DNA from: Meiothermus sp.
GTDB lineage: Bacteria; Deinococcota; Deinococci; Deinococcales; Thermaceae
Direction: 5' to 3'
DNA length: 27,746 nucleotides
Assembly: GCA_033762915.1 (NCBI GenBank)
Contig: JANRLD010000030.1
Coordinates: 1-27,746 of the forward strand
Below are positions 17,793 through 26,749 of this stretch, piece after piece. Made by a program: the position numbers and the translations under genes. The notes beneath the pieces were generated by a model, which was given only the letters and a program-made list of their open reading frames with translations, did no database searches and was not told the origin of the DNA. Numbering within the stretch: the first letter of the stretch is position 1; each line of letters begins with the position of its first letter.

Positions 17793-18842
17793 ATGGGCGG
17801 TTTTCGCGTTCTTTGGCTTGGTGATACCAAGCGTACCGTATATTTTTGGGGCCTGGTGCTGGCCATACCTAGCCTTTTGCTGGTCTGGGGGCTCCAGCTC
17901 CAAGACCCCTACATCCGGTTTGCCTACCCTACCCTGGCCGGGCTATGCGCGTTCTGGGGTTGGCGGCTGTGGCTGAACGCCCCTCTCGAGAGCATCGAGC
18001 AGTCGGCCACGCTGGGGGTGGGACTGCTTTTTGCCGGAAAGTTCGCCTACAGCTTCATACTGGCCACAGACCCCGGCGCGCAGTGGCGCGAGATCGAAAG
18101 TTCCTACTGGGCCATGACTTATGTCATGATACTGGCCTACATTGCCTTTCTACCGACGCGTGCCCTGGTAGTAGCGTTGGCGATCGTCGGATTTACTGCG
18201 CTGGTGGGGCTAACCCGCTTGTTTCCTGGGTTGAGCGACGGCAGCTACCGTGAAGAGTTTATAGCCTTTGCCCGAAGCGAAATCCGCCTTCTGGCAATGG
18301 CATGGCTGATATACATCCTCGCGGCGGTAAAGGACCGCCTGCAAGTCGCCACCCAACAGGCCCATCATATGGAACGACTGGCCCGCACCGACCCCCTGAC
18401 CGGACTCCCAAACCGCTTGGCCCTGAGCGAAGACCTTGCCGAGGCCGTGCAGACCCCCCAAGATCTCTTCTTGGTGATGGTGGACATTGACCACTTCAAA
18501 CGTATCAATGATCAGTACGGCCACAACACCGGCGATAAAGTGCTCATGGAAGTGGCCAAACGCCTGCGGGCTCGCCTGCGCAAGGGCGACATCCTGGGCC
18601 GCTGGGGCGGTGAGGAGCTGATCGTGCTGATGCGCGGAAACAACCCCGATGACATCGTGCAGGCGGTCGAGCGCCTACGTGAAGAGATCGCCCTTTGGCC
18701 CTTCTTGGGCGTGGGTGCGGTCTCGGCAAGCTTTGGGGTAGCTCAGGGCATTGAAGGCGATACCCCCCACACCTTGCTCAATCGTGCCGACATGGCCCTC
18801 TACCGGGCCAAACACTCGGGCAGAAACCGGGTGGAAATTTAG
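17793..18842 (+). CDS. Membrane-bound diguanylate cyclase (about 6 TM + GGDEF)
   Basis: TDPLTGLPNR, DIDHFKRIND.YGH..GD, RKGD I-site, GGEEL active site, ADMALYRAK..GRNRV. TACACT-7nt-ATG favours start 17793 over 17763. Confidence 0.93.
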   Translation: MGGFRVLWLGDTKRTVYFWGLVLAIPSLLLVWGLQLQDPYIRFAYPTLAGLCAFWGWRLWLNAPLESIEQSATLGVGLLFAGKFAYSFILATDPGAQWREIESSYWAMTYVMILAYIAFLPTRALVVALAIVGFTALVGLTRLFPGLSDGSYREEFIAFARSEIRLLAMAWLIYILAAVKDRLQVATQQAHHMERLARTDPLTGLPNRLALSEDLAEAVQTPQDLFLVMVDIDHFKRINDQYGHNTGDKVLMEVAKRLRARLRKGDILGRWGGEELIVLMRGNNPDDIVQAVERLREEIALWPFLGVGAVSASFGVAQGIEGDTPHTLLNRADMALYRAKHSGRNRVEI

Positions 18843-18989
18843 CCGGTTTTTCGCAAATATCGTGAACCAAGCCCGCTCGAGCAGGCCCCCGGGGTCAAGA
18901 CCCACTTGCCCACAACTTTTTCGTGTCTGGTGGCCCTGATTACGGCGCCCGCTTCTCGCCCCACCTCAGCCTTGCGGTAAACTGCCCCC

Positions 18990-19772
18990 ATGCGGGCCAG
19001 GTCGTACCTCTTTACCCTTTACATGGAGTATCTTCACGAGGACAGCCGTGCCTGGGTGGGGGACTTAATTCGGTGGATGGAGTTGCTCGGGTTCTCCGAG
19101 CCTGCCGTCAGGGCCGCGCTCTCGAGGAGTGTCAAGAGGGGCTGGATAATCCCCGAAAAAGACGGGCGAAAGGCTTTTTATCGGCTCTCTGATCGGGTGG
19201 GGTGGCAGGTCGGGCGCATTCGGGAGCGGCTATACGGCTACGGATCGGAGTGGGACGGGAACTGGCGTATCTTGGTCTACGCGGTGCCGGAGGCCAAGCG
19301 GACGGTGCGGGATCGGTTCCGCAATGAGTTGATTCTGTTGGGCTTCGGAACGCCTGCGCCGGGGGTTTGGGTTAGCCCCAACGGCAGCCTCGAGGCGGCC
19401 CGCGACCTGGTTGGATTTTACGGGTTACAGAAATACGTCGAACTCTTCCTATCTCAGCGTCACTCCGACACCTCCACCACCGAATTCATCCAGAAGTCGT
19501 ATAACCTCGAGGCGGCCCAGCTCCGCTACCGGGCCTTTTTGGCTCAAAAAGATGCCGCCCCCAAGACCCCCGAAGAGGGTTTCGTGCGCCTAACCCATAT
19601 GATCCATCAGGCCCGTAAGAACCTTTTCCTTGACCCTGGCCTTCCGCCCGAGCTGACGCCGTCAGGTTTTTTGGGAGGCCGCGCCAAGGAGAAGTTCCTC
19701 GAGCAATACGCCTTATTGCGTAAGAAGGCGGAGCCGCTTCTGCTCGAGAATAGTCTGGTTGCGTCGGACTGA
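18990..19772 (+). CDS. paaX: PaaX family transcriptional regulator
   Basis: ARSYLFTLY, AVRAALSR..KRGW, WDGNWRILVY.VPE..R..RD and LDPGLPPEL.P motifs. Leaderless: TAAACT-6nt-ATG. Confidence 0.9.
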   Translation: MRARSYLFTLYMEYLHEDSRAWVGDLIRWMELLGFSEPAVRAALSRSVKRGWIIPEKDGRKAFYRLSDRVGWQVGRIRERLYGYGSEWDGNWRILVYAVPEAKRTVRDRFRNELILLGFGTPAPGVWVSPNGSLEAARDLVGFYGLQKYVELFLSQRHSDTSTTEFIQKSYNLEAAQLRYRAFLAQKDAAPKTPEEGFVRLTHMIHQARKNLFLDPGLPPELTPSGFLGGRAKEKFLEQYALLRKKAEPLLLENSLVASD

Positions 19773-19913
19773 GCGCACCTCGGAGCGTTAACCCTCCACC
19801 ACTCCCTAAGTGCGGTCCCCACGCATTCTCCCTATAGCGGTTTTTGCTGTGGGGAGTGCATTTCCTCCATCGCGGCGGGAGGTAATGGTGGGAAACACGA
19901 TGAATGCTGAGGG

Positions 19914-20858
19914 TCACTGAGCCGGAAGAACCTCGGCCGAGCTCATGTCGCCCAGCATATAGGCATAGTCACCCGCATGGACCTTGGTAAGGGTATTACG
20001 AACCAATACCAGCCGGGTCTGTTCGAATGGGGCGCGGAACTCCTCGAGCAACTCGAACGTCTGCGAGTCCAGCACCCGGCCCAGCAGGGTACCCCCCGGC
20101 ACCACCTCCCCCAGCCGCTCGGCGGTGACCTCCGGATGCAGCACGCCGCCGTAGCGGGGGCGCACAATGGCCATCTTGTTGAGCACAACCTGCTCGGGAG
20201 CCGGGGTCTTCAGGCCGGGCACCACGCCCAAGTGGCGCAGGCCGTTCATTACCCCCTCAAAGCCCCGGCGCAGGTACACCGGGTCGAGCTGACCGCCGCC
20301 CCCAATTTCTGCGACCGCTACCGGCCTATGCTTGAACACGCCGGTAAGGGTGCCGCTGTAGCTGGGGCCGGTGCCCGAGGCGCGGTACATGGTGGGAAAC
20401 AGAAAGGCGCGGGATAGCTCCTCGTCGGTGTTGATGTAGACGTAGTCGACCGTAGGGGCCGACCCGCCCGCGTGCAGGTCGAGGAGGGCCTCGAGGCGGG
20501 GCTCGAGGTATTCCACCAGCGAGCGCGCAATCAACTCGGAGAGCCAGCTATCAGCGGTGCCGGGAAAGACCCGGTTGAGGTTGAGCATGTCGGTGGGGGT
20601 ATTGCGGGTGAAGGCCTCGAAGGCGGGCGGGTTGCAGACCGGGATAACCACCAGCCGGCCCGCGATTTCCATTTGTTTCGCGGCCTCAACCACCCGGCGG
20701 CAGACTTCGGTCCCCGGCAGTTCGTCGCCGTGAATAGAGGCGGTGATGCCCACCGTGGGGCCGGGTCTGGAGCCCTCTAGGACATGCGCGGCTATCCGCA
20801 GGTCCATGCCGCTGGCCATCCGGGTCACTTGGATCCACTCGATGCGGTGTTGGGTCAT
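19914..20858 (-). CDS. Succinylglutamate desuccinylase/aspartoacylase (AstE/AspA, M14-like) family deacylase
   Basis: GPTV.ITASIHGDE, NP.AF...TR, NLNRVFPG, LDLHAGG, EIGGG motifs; C-terminal hybrid domain; AAGGAG RBS. Confidence 0.92.
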   Translation of the reverse strand: MTQHRIEWIQVTRMASGMDLRIAAHVLEGSRPGPTVGITASIHGDELPGTEVCRRVVEAAKQMEIAGRLVVIPVCNPPAFEAFTRNTPTDMLNLNRVFPGTADSWLSELIARSLVEYLEPRLEALLDLHAGGSAPTVDYVYINTDEELSRAFLFPTMYRASGTGPSYSGTLTGVFKHRPVAVAEIGGGGQLDPVYLRRGFEGVMNGLRHLGVVPGLKTPAPEQVVLNKMAIVRPRYGGVLHPEVTAERLGEVVPGGTLLGRVLDSQTFELLEEFRAPFEQTRLVLVRNTLTKVHAGDYAYMLGDMSSAEVLPAQ

Positions 20859-20924
20859 TAGTAGCTCCTTTGTGGGAGGTTCGAGGTTTGCAGATCTACG
20901 GGCCGTTTCCCGCCTTACAACCGG

Positions 20925-22106
20925 TCAATCCTTGGGCATAGTTTGCCAGTGAGCGCGGAGTGTGCTTGGGGAGTGCATGTGGTTGTAGAGATGGGCGATT
21001 CCCTGTGGTCGGTCGGCTGCACCAACCCGGTTCCACCAAGCTCCAACCACCGTGCCGCCCCACCAGTAGGCCGAGACGAAGATCGAGCGCAACCGATGCG
21101 TGGCAAAGCGCAACTTGCCTTCGATCCTGGCCTCCGAGGCGAAACAGACTTCGCGCAAGTACTGTGCGGCCTCGGCTGGAGTTGTCCGCCGGGTGCCCAG
21201 GCCGTGGGCGACCTCGAGGGTGCAAGCCCACTGCAGGCGGTGCTGCGCCCAGGCCACGCGGTCGAAGCGTTCGGTGCGGAACTCGAGGAGGTCGAGTCCA
21301 CGCTCGGCGATGCCCTCGAAGAGTACGCTCGAGGCACTATCGGTGATTACCAGGGCGGAGTCGGGCAGCATGGCCCCTCTGGCAAAGCTCGCTGCGCGGT
21401 GACCCATGTGGGCGTAGTGTCCCGGGTAGGCCTCGTGGGCGGCCAGGTGTTTGAGGGCGGCGCGGGTGTAGGGCAGGTCGGTGTTGATCCAGATCTGCCG
21501 GCCCGGATAGTCGCAGTAGGCGCTGAAGGGCACGCCGCTAACCGCTTTGACCGCAATGGCATCAGCGGGCAGCTCGAGCGACGGTAGTTGATCTCGTGTT
21601 CGCCTCTGTAACTCGTCGATCCAGGCTTGCAAGACCGTCGAGACCTCGCCTGAGGGCACCCCGTCAAGCTCGGCATAAGCCTCATACCCAGCCCGGCCCG
21701 TAGGCAAACCCGCATCCTGGAGCGCGCGGTCTCGGGCCTCCCGGGCGGCCTGCATCCAGTCAGGGGGCAGCGGCCGGGGGTCGACCCTCAGACAGCCCGA
21801 AACCCCCTCTTCGTAGGTTACCGAAGAATCCGTGATCCAGCGCAGCAGGTTGGCGACCGATAGGGCTTGCTCGGAAAGCCAGTCCCGAGCCAGCGGGTCG
21901 GTGAGGCTCGAGGCGGTCTCGGCCAAGCGGAGTAGTCGGACTCTAGTCTCTCCCAGATCCATCGGCTCAGCCACGAGACCTGACCAGTGCACCGGAACCA
22001 GGCCCTCGGCGTCCAGCACTTCCGGTCCCGAACCCGACCTGACCGCAGCATCGGCACCCAAAACCAAGTGGGCCAGCTCGAGGGAGACCGCCTGGGGGGT
22101 TTTCAT
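20925..22106 (-). CDS. DUF885-like putative zinc metallopeptidase (393 aa)
   Basis: HEAYPGH motif, downstream EGIAE third ligand, Y.WG near the C-terminus. Start reassigned to ATG 22106, just after the permease stop, with AGGAGG upstream. Confidence 0.75.
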   Translation of the reverse strand: MKTPQAVSLELAHLVLGADAAVRSGSGPEVLDAEGLVPVHWSGLVAEPMDLGETRVRLLRLAETASSLTDPLARDWLSEQALSVANLLRWITDSSVTYEEGVSGCLRVDPRPLPPDWMQAAREARDRALQDAGLPTGRAGYEAYAELDGVPSGEVSTVLQAWIDELQRRTRDQLPSLELPADAIAVKAVSGVPFSAYCDYPGRQIWINTDLPYTRAALKHLAAHEAYPGHYAHMGHRAASFARGAMLPDSALVITDSASSVLFEGIAERGLDLLEFRTERFDRVAWAQHRLQWACTLEVAHGLGTRRTTPAEAAQYLREVCFASEARIEGKLRFATHRLRSIFVSAYWWGGTVVGAWWNRVGAADRPQGIAHLYNHMHSPSTLRAHWQTMPKD

Positions 22107-22110
22107 CGGC

Positions 22111-22947
22111 TTATCGCCCCCTCCTGGGATCGAGCACGTCGCGCAGGCCGTCGCCGAGCAGATTGAAGCCCAGCACCGTGACCATAATGGCCAGCCCCGC
22201 GAAGGTGGAGATGTAGGCCGACTGGCGCAGAAATTGCAGGCCAGTGTTGACGATACCGCCCCAGGTAGGGGTGGGGGGCTGCACGCCAAGACCCAGGAAG
22301 GAGAGCGCAGCCTCGGCAGTTATCGCGTTGCCGATGCCCACCGTTGCGACAACCAGGAGCGGACCAATGGCATTGGGGAGGATGTGTCTAAACAGGGTGC
22401 GGACCCAGCCCGCCCCAAGCGCCCGGCTGGCCTCGACGAACTCCTCCTCGCGCAGGGCCAGAATGCTCGAGCGCACCACGCGGGCATAGGTCGTCCAGTA
22501 GACCAGCCCCAGCGCGATGATCACGCTGGATACGCTCGGCCCCAGTGCGGCGACGAGCGCCAGGGCCAGCAGGATGGGTGGAAAGGCCAGGAAGACGTCC
22601 ACAGTGCGGCTGATCAAGCTATCCACCCCGCCGCCCAGGTAGCCCGCCAGCGCCCCCAGCGTCACCCCGATTAGCACCGCCAGCCCCACCGACAAGAGCC
22701 CCACCTGAATCGAAATCCTCGAGCCCAGCACCAGCCTCGAGAGGTTGTCGCGCCCGAAGTGGTCGGTACCCAGAAGGTGTTGGGGGCTGGGGGCCTGGAA
22801 GCGGCGAGCGAAGTCGCGGTCTTCGGGGTCGTAGGGTGCTAGGAGGGGGGCGAACACCGCCATAAAGAGCACCAACAGCACGATCAGCCCGCCCGCCAGC
22901 GCGCCTGGGTTGCGGCGAAATCGGTTCCAGAGTCGGGACCTAGCCAT
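22111..22947 (-). CDS. Peptide/nickel ABC transporter permease (DppC/OppC)
   Basis: HLLGTD.FGRD.LSR, EEFVEASRALGA (EAA loop), HILPN, FNLLGDGLRDVLDP. Confidence 0.96.
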   Translation of the reverse strand: MARSRLWNRFRRNPGALAGGLIVLLVLFMAVFAPLLAPYDPEDRDFARRFQAPSPQHLLGTDHFGRDNLSRLVLGSRISIQVGLLSVGLAVLIGVTLGALAGYLGGGVDSLISRTVDVFLAFPPILLALALVAALGPSVSSVIIALGLVYWTTYARVVRSSILALREEEFVEASRALGAGWVRTLFRHILPNAIGPLLVVATVGIGNAITAEAALSFLGLGVQPPTPTWGGIVNTGLQFLRQSAYISTFAGLAIMVTVLGFNLLGDGLRDVLDPRRGR

Positions 22948-23911
22948 ATCGGATGCGGGGATTGACGAAGGCGTAGGAGAGGTCGATGAGCAGGTTGACC
23001 AAGCTAACCAGCAGGGCCACCACGATCACTGTGCCTTGCACCACCGGGTAGTCGCGCTGGTTGATGGCCCCGACTACCAGTCGGCCCAGGCCCGGCCAGG
23101 CGTAGATGCTTTCGGTGATGACCGCGCCGCCCAGTAAGGTGCCAAACTGAAGGCCCAGCACCGTCAGGATGGGCAAGAAGGCGTTGCGGAGGGCATGCCG
23201 GTAGATCACCGCCCGCTCCGACAGACCCTTGGAGCGGGCGGTACGTACGTAGTCAAGGGCTAAGACCTCGAGCATAGAGCCACGGGTTAGGCGGGTCACT
23301 ATGGCGATGGGCCCCAGCGCAAGGGTGAGGGCGGGCAGAAAGGCGTAACGCAACGACTCGCCCAGCTGGACTATAGATCCGCTCGCCAGGGAGGGAAACA
23401 AGCCTTCACCGCGCCCGAAAGAGGGTAGCCATCCCAGCTGAAGTGAGAACAACTGGATGGCCAGGATCGCGAACCAGAACAGCGGCATCGAGACGCCCAA
23501 CAAGGCCCCCACCGTCACAATCAGGTCGAGCGGGGTGTTGGCACGGGCGGCGGCCAGAATACCCAGCGGCAACGCAACGACCACGGTGATGACCAGGGCC
23601 AGTGCAGCCAGCTCGAGGGTCGGGGTCAGGGCTTGGCCCAACACCTCTGTCACCCTCGAGCCTTGAAAGATGCTGCGCCCAAACTCACCTTGGAGCACGT
23701 TGCTCACGTAGCGGGCGAACTGTACAGGCACCGGCTGGTCTAACCCCAGCCGGACCCTGGCCTCAGCGATTTCCTCCGCCGAACCCTCGAGGCCCAGGTA
23801 CACCACCGCCGGATCGCCGGGCACCAGCCGCAGGGTCAGAAACACCACCAGCAGCACCCCGAGCATCACGGGGAAAAACAGGAGCAGTCGGCGAACGGTG
23901 TACTGAAGCAT
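22940..23911 (-). CDS. Peptide/nickel ABC transporter permease (DppB/OppB)
   Basis: PGDPA, LGLDQP, DYVRTARSKGL, HALRNA, RDYPVVQG, NPRIR. Confidence 0.96.
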   Translation of the reverse strand: MLQYTVRRLLLFFPVMLGVLLVVFLTLRLVPGDPAVVYLGLEGSAEEIAEARVRLGLDQPVPVQFARYVSNVLQGEFGRSIFQGSRVTEVLGQALTPTLELAALALVITVVVALPLGILAAARANTPLDLIVTVGALLGVSMPLFWFAILAIQLFSLQLGWLPSFGRGEGLFPSLASGSIVQLGESLRYAFLPALTLALGPIAIVTRLTRGSMLEVLALDYVRTARSKGLSERAVIYRHALRNAFLPILTVLGLQFGTLLGGAVITESIYAWPGLGRLVVGAINQRDYPVVQGTVIVVALLVSLVNLLIDLSYAFVNPRIRYG

Positions 23912-24248
23912 GGAGGGTTCTCACTTGAACTTCAAAAGGAGGCAGATGCGACACTTCTCGGCTTGAATCGCTCAGTGCAGGCCCGAACAACACGGTGGGG
24001 ATAACTCGGGCCAAAACCTAGACAAAACTCGGCAGAAAAGTTCAGTAAGGCCGGCGAGGTCGATTCGTGAACTCGAAGGGTTCTCACCGCAAGTTGCAAG
24101 CAGCGCCATTGTGAGGGTTGAGCACCCTAAGAAGCACCTTTCACCTACGTCTGGCCGGAACCGATTTCGGATCAACTCAAGATCAATCCGAAGGCTGGCC
24201 TGTGAGATGAAGGAGCCTCAGAGACCCACAGCATGTCGGCCGGGATTG

Positions 24249-25751
24249 CTAGAAGCTGGCCGACTCCAGGGAGTACCAGGATGCTGCGGGGTGCACAACG
24301 AAGCCTTTGAGCCGGCGGTCGTGCATCACCACATACCCCTGGTAGAGCAGGAAGATCACGGGCACGTCCTCGGTGACGGTCTGTGCAATCTGACCATATA
24401 GGCTGCGGCGTAGGGAGAGGTTGTTGGTGAGGCGGGCGTCCTCGAGCAGGGTGTCAACTACGCTGGATGAGTATTTACCATAGTTGTTAGAACCGTTCGT
24501 CTTGAACATCCGGTAGGCGGCACGGTCGGGGTCGGTCAGGTTGAGGAGGCCCACCAGGGTGATCTGAAATCTGCCGGCCAGCAGGTCATTCAGCATGGCG
24601 GCAAAGTCGTAGACCCTGATCTTCACGTCAATTCCGGCCTTGCGCCACTCCCCTTGGAGGTACTCCAGAACCTGCTGGCGGTTGGGGTCGATATTGGTGA
24701 CGATCTCAATGGTGAGGGGCTGTCCACCCCGCTGCCGCACTGCCCCAGCCCGCGGCGCCACCCAGCCGGCCGCGGTGAGGAGTTGGTCGGCCCGGGCAGT
24801 GTCGAGGTCGTAGTCAACGCCCTTGGCCGAGTAGTAGTCGCTGCCCGGCAGCAGGAAGGAGCGGCCAGGGGTGTCCATACCAAAAAAGATCTGCTTGGAG
24901 ATGGTGTCCTTGTTGGTCAGGTAGGCCAGGGCCTGGCGCACCCGACGATCGGAGAGGATAGGGTCGCGGGTGTTGAGGCCGAGGTAGGTGATGCCCAGCG
25001 CGTTAGTCTTGGTGACCTGGATTTGCGGGCTCTTGCTAAGGCGATCCACCTCCTGCGGCGGCACCGGCGAGTGGATCAGCTGGAGGTCGCCCGACTCGAG
25101 GGCCAGCAGCCGTACGTTGTTGTCGGGGATGGGGCGGATCAACAGCCGCTCGAACTTGGGCTTTCCACGCCAGTAGCGATCGTTGGCGGCAAGTTCAATT
25201 AGGCTGCCCTTCTGCCAGCGGGCCAGACGGAACGGACCCGTCCCTACCGGCTGGGTACCGAAGTCGGCGCCCAGGCGGGTAGCAGCGTCCTTGGAGACGA
25301 TCCCCATATTGAGGTAGGCCAGCAGCGGCGCAAACGGCTCAGAGAGGGTAAAACGAACCGTAAGGGCGTCTGGGGCTTCGACCTTGGTGATGGGGGTGTA
25401 TAGGGCACGGTTGGGCGAGTTGAAGCGGGTATCGAGCACGGTGGTGTAGGTGAAGACCACATCCTCCGAGGTGAACGGCTTGCCGTCGTGAAAGACCACG
25501 TTCGGACGGAGCTTGACCTCGAGCAGGGTCGGGTTGATGTAGCGCCACGATGCCGCCAGATCCGGAACCGGCTTAAGCTTTGGGTCGAGCCGGATCAGCC
25601 CGTTGAAGATCAACTCCTGCATCCGGAAGGCGCTGGTGTCGCGCGCCAGACGGGGGTCCATGGTCCCCGGATCAACATCCAGCCCGATGTTTAGGGTCTG
25701 GGCAAAAGCCCCCGCCAACAGCACAACCAGCAGACTCAGCATCCTACGCAC
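24249..25751 (-). CDS. ABC transporter substrate-binding protein, family 5 (peptide-type)
   Basis: Signal peptide ending AFA-Q; PDLAASW, LR.NVVFHDG.PFTSEDVVFT, PVGTGPF and RVRQAL motifs; AGGAGG RBS before GTG. Confidence 0.96.
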   Translation of the reverse strand: MRRMLSLLVVLLAGAFAQTLNIGLDVDPGTMDPRLARDTSAFRMQELIFNGLIRLDPKLKPVPDLAASWRYINPTLLEVKLRPNVVFHDGKPFTSEDVVFTYTTVLDTRFNSPNRALYTPITKVEAPDALTVRFTLSEPFAPLLAYLNMGIVSKDAATRLGADFGTQPVGTGPFRLARWQKGSLIELAANDRYWRGKPKFERLLIRPIPDNNVRLLALESGDLQLIHSPVPPQEVDRLSKSPQIQVTKTNALGITYLGLNTRDPILSDRRVRQALAYLTNKDTISKQIFFGMDTPGRSFLLPGSDYYSAKGVDYDLDTARADQLLTAAGWVAPRAGAVRQRGGQPLTIEIVTNIDPNRQQVLEYLQGEWRKAGIDVKIRVYDFAAMLNDLLAGRFQITLVGLLNLTDPDRAAYRMFKTNGSNNYGKYSSSVVDTLLEDARLTNNLSLRRSLYGQIAQTVTEDVPVIFLLYQGYVVMHDRRLKGFVVHPAASWYSLESASF

Positions 25752-25811
25752 GGCAGCACCTCCTGCGATAAAGGGTTTCCTAAAGCCGATCCTCTCCCCT
25801 ACCCGATCTGT

Positions 25812-26573
25812 TCATCCTCCCAGCTCCTTGGTAATGGCCTCAGCCTGTCCAAGCAAGCTCGAAACCAGTCCTTGCGCGACTTCCGGACCCATCCGGGTTA
25901 CCGGCCCGCCCGCCGCCAGACAGCCCACCAGCACTCCGGCATTCAGCACGGGTACCGCCACCGCCGCCGCCCCCAAGTTGACTTCGTTGGCAGTGTAGGC
26001 CCAACCCTGAGCACGCACCGACACGATTTCGCGCTCGAGCCGCGACCTCTCGGCCGGGTCCAGCACCGCAGTGGCTTTGGCCCTCCCGTCGGCCTCCCCG
26101 AAGGCCAAAAACACCCGCCCAGCAGAGCCCCGGTGCAGCGGAAAACGTGTGCCCGGCGAAAGCGCAAAGCGGAGCGCGGAAGGCGACTCCACCACTTCTA
26201 GCACCAGCGCCGAGAGGTCATCCGCCACGATGAACGAGGCCGTCTCGCCGGTAATGGCGGCGAGGTGCTCCAGCGAGGGCCGGACGATTTCGCGAAGTGC
26301 CGCCGCAGGACTTGCGCTGTGGGCCAGAAGGGCCATTCGGTAGCCCAGGGTGTAGCGGGCTGAGCCGGGAATCTGGCGCACGTAGCCGTGACGGCGCAGG
26401 TCTTGCAGCAACCGGTGGGTGGTGCTCTTGGGCAGCTCGAGGTGGGTGGCCAGCCCGGCCACCTCCCAACTCGGCTGCACCCCAAATGCTGAGAGCACCC
26501 GCAGCAGTTTGTCCGAGGCCGAATTGGTCGGGGGCTCGGCCTCTGGTGTTCTATCAGATAGAACGCTATTCAA
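25812..26573 (-). CDS. IclR family transcriptional regulator
   Basis: HTH LELPKSTTHRLL, YTLG, TGET, PLHRGSAGRVFLA, G.AAVAVPV effector domain; TTG start uncertain. Confidence 0.93.
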   Translation of the reverse strand: MNSVLSDRTPEAEPPTNSASDKLLRVLSAFGVQPSWEVAGLATHLELPKSTTHRLLQDLRRHGYVRQIPGSARYTLGYRMALLAHSASPAAALREIVRPSLEHLAAITGETASFIVADDLSALVLEVVESPSALRFALSPGTRFPLHRGSAGRVFLAFGEADGRAKATAVLDPAERSRLEREIVSVRAQGWAYTANEVNLGAAAVAVPVLNAGVLVGCLAAGGPVTRMGPEVAQGLVSSLLGQAEAITKELGG

Positions 26574-26584
26574 TGTAGTGGAAT
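26548..26584. promoter_or_regulatory. Tandem IclR-type operator palindromes
   Basis: Perfect GTTCTATC-A-GATAGAAC (26548-26564) and degenerate ATTCAATGTAGTGGAAT (26568-26584), both 17 bp with a TTC-N9-GAA core. Confidence 0.75.
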
Positions 26585-26611
26585 GTTATCCAGGTTAATA
26601 TCTCAAGTCAA
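26583..26611 (-). promoter_or_regulatory. Sigma-70/SigA promoter of the iclR-ABC operon
   Basis: Minus strand TTGACT (26611-26606), 17-nt spacer, TAACAT (26588-26583). Confidence 0.8.
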
Positions 26612-26749
26612 TACCCTCTAAACCTCCCCAATAGCCGGTGCGCTCCTACACGGGGTGGTCTGAAGTCGCCTTCAAGTATGTCGGCGGGGGCTGTACTTGC
26701 CGGTTCCCGACTCCCTTTGGGTCGGCTCGATAATGAGGGTTTGTCGTCT

